64,000 nucleotides of DNA from Macrostomum lignano. Taxonomy: Eukaryota. The notes beneath the pieces are model-generated. The model was not told where the DNA came from and searched no databases. It was given only the letters and a program-made list of their open reading frames with translations. Position 1 is the stretch's first letter. Every line of letters begins with the position of its first letter. The position numbers were made by a program, and so were the translations under genes. The DNA lies in the NCBI GenBank assembly GCA_002269645.1, contig NIVC01004002.1, positions 1,734 through 65,733 of the forward strand, read 5' to 3'. Shown here one piece after another: positions 63,101 to 64,000 of this stretch.

Positions 63101-63854
63101 AACACTTGAGTTTAGATTGAACTTTCTGATTCATCATCAGACTTTCGGACCTTCAGTGTGATCAGAAAAGCAAGTTTCACTGGCTTTTACAGCAGCAGAA
63201 ATGGTCAAGGCATCCGCCTTGGTACATGCAGGTCTGCTTTAGCATTATCTATCGCCAGCAAATCAAAGCAACCCATTTAAAGATGCGGTGCAAACTACTC
63301 ATAGTAGCGCACTTTGATTTTCCTAGCATCGCTTTTCATTCACCCGTGAAACATTTTCAAGGCTCCGGCTCGGCCAAGATGAAGCTGTTTGAGCGGCTAA
63401 TACGCGGAGTCTGGCTGCCGGGTGTCAGCGAAATGCTGCGCCCCTCTGCGTAAGAGACAGCAGAGTGTCATGCCGTGCCGTTTAGTTCAGCAGCTTCAGG
63501 GTTGCTTTTTTAGCTTTTAGATTTTTATTTCGCACAGCCACTTAGTTACACAGCACGCCATTGCCTTCCTATTTTGGTTCGTGTGAAGTCTCATTCTGTG
63601 TGCATGAGCAGAAATGCTGCGGGTTTGTCATACGCGATCTTGTTATGGTGCATTCAGTCAAGATAAATATTTGATAATCCCTTAATGGGACACCAATGCT
63701 CGTCATTTAATTCATTTCCATCTTCGAATTTCAGCACCACCAAGGCTTGCCTTGTTGTGGCTATCGTCTTTCTGATGGAGCACACGGGCCACCTGCCTGC
63801 TCAGTATCACAATCACGTCTATCTGGGCGCTGCAGCCTTCTTTGTCCTGCTTAG
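60167..63854 (+). CDS. TMEM38: Trimeric intracellular cation channel (TRIC), 5 exons in the window, 3' end beyond it
   Basis: Exons 60167-60305, 60848-61004, 61295-61479, 63362-63449, 63735-63854 (phases 1,2,1,2,2 consistent). Motifs MYPFFDISHY, HPFASWLASMLMCFAG, GEPL, WYVLNYAPFD, LKEIQRTRKVFDGV, IGLVKGSGS, RLIRGVW, EMLRPSATTKAC. Confidence 0.95.
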
Positions 63855-63881
63855 GTAAAAGCGTGTGACAGTTGCTTATCT

Positions 63882-64000
63882 GTGAATGCCTGTGACAAAT
63901 TTGTTAGCTGGGACTGGTGGGTGAATGCCTGTGACAAATTTGTTAGCTGGAACTGGTGGGTGAATGCATGTGACAAATTTGTTTGCTGGGACTGGTGGGT
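63882..64000. repeat. 39-bp minisatellite starting in TRIC intron 5 (runs off the window)
   Basis: GTGAATGC starts at 63882, 63921 and 63960. Confidence 0.9.

Overview
Eukaryotic (metazoan invertebrate) genomic DNA with spliced, GC-rich exons, introns filled with minisatellites, and an AT-rich intergenic block dense with transposon remnants (about 9.9-33.9 kb). The style resembles a free-living flatworm such as Macrostomum; this is inference only. Five protein-coding genes were rebuilt by hand from GT-AG sites and phase checks. (1) PPP1R16A/B-like (MYPT3/TIMAP/MYPT-75D) PP1-targeting ankyrin protein with a CAAX end (minus, 910-9693; one apparent 1-nt frameshift). (2) Dihydrolipoamide dehydrogenase DLD (plus, 34001-37192). 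(3) A small type I membrane protein with signal peptide, single fibronectin type II (FN2) domain, coiled-coil stalk, TM helix and acidic tail (minus, 38989-40847). It is not visible as one ORF in the supplied track and is the most unusual item here. (4) A 14-exon GABA-B-receptor-like class C GPCR with a very short C-tail (minus, 44098-52041). (5) A TRIC/TMEM38 cation channel (plus, from 60167, running off the window). Mobile DNA includes an internally deleted BEL/Pao LTR element with both LTRs and an iMet-type PBS, a Gypsy pol remnant, R1-like and RTE-like LINE fragments, a FLYWCH/MULE remnant, several TIR elements with target-site duplications, a 188-bp inverted-repeat element inside a GPCR intron, and a tRNA-derived SINE head. 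At least 13 unrelated tandem arrays are present. No CRISPR, rRNA or intact tRNA gene is supported.
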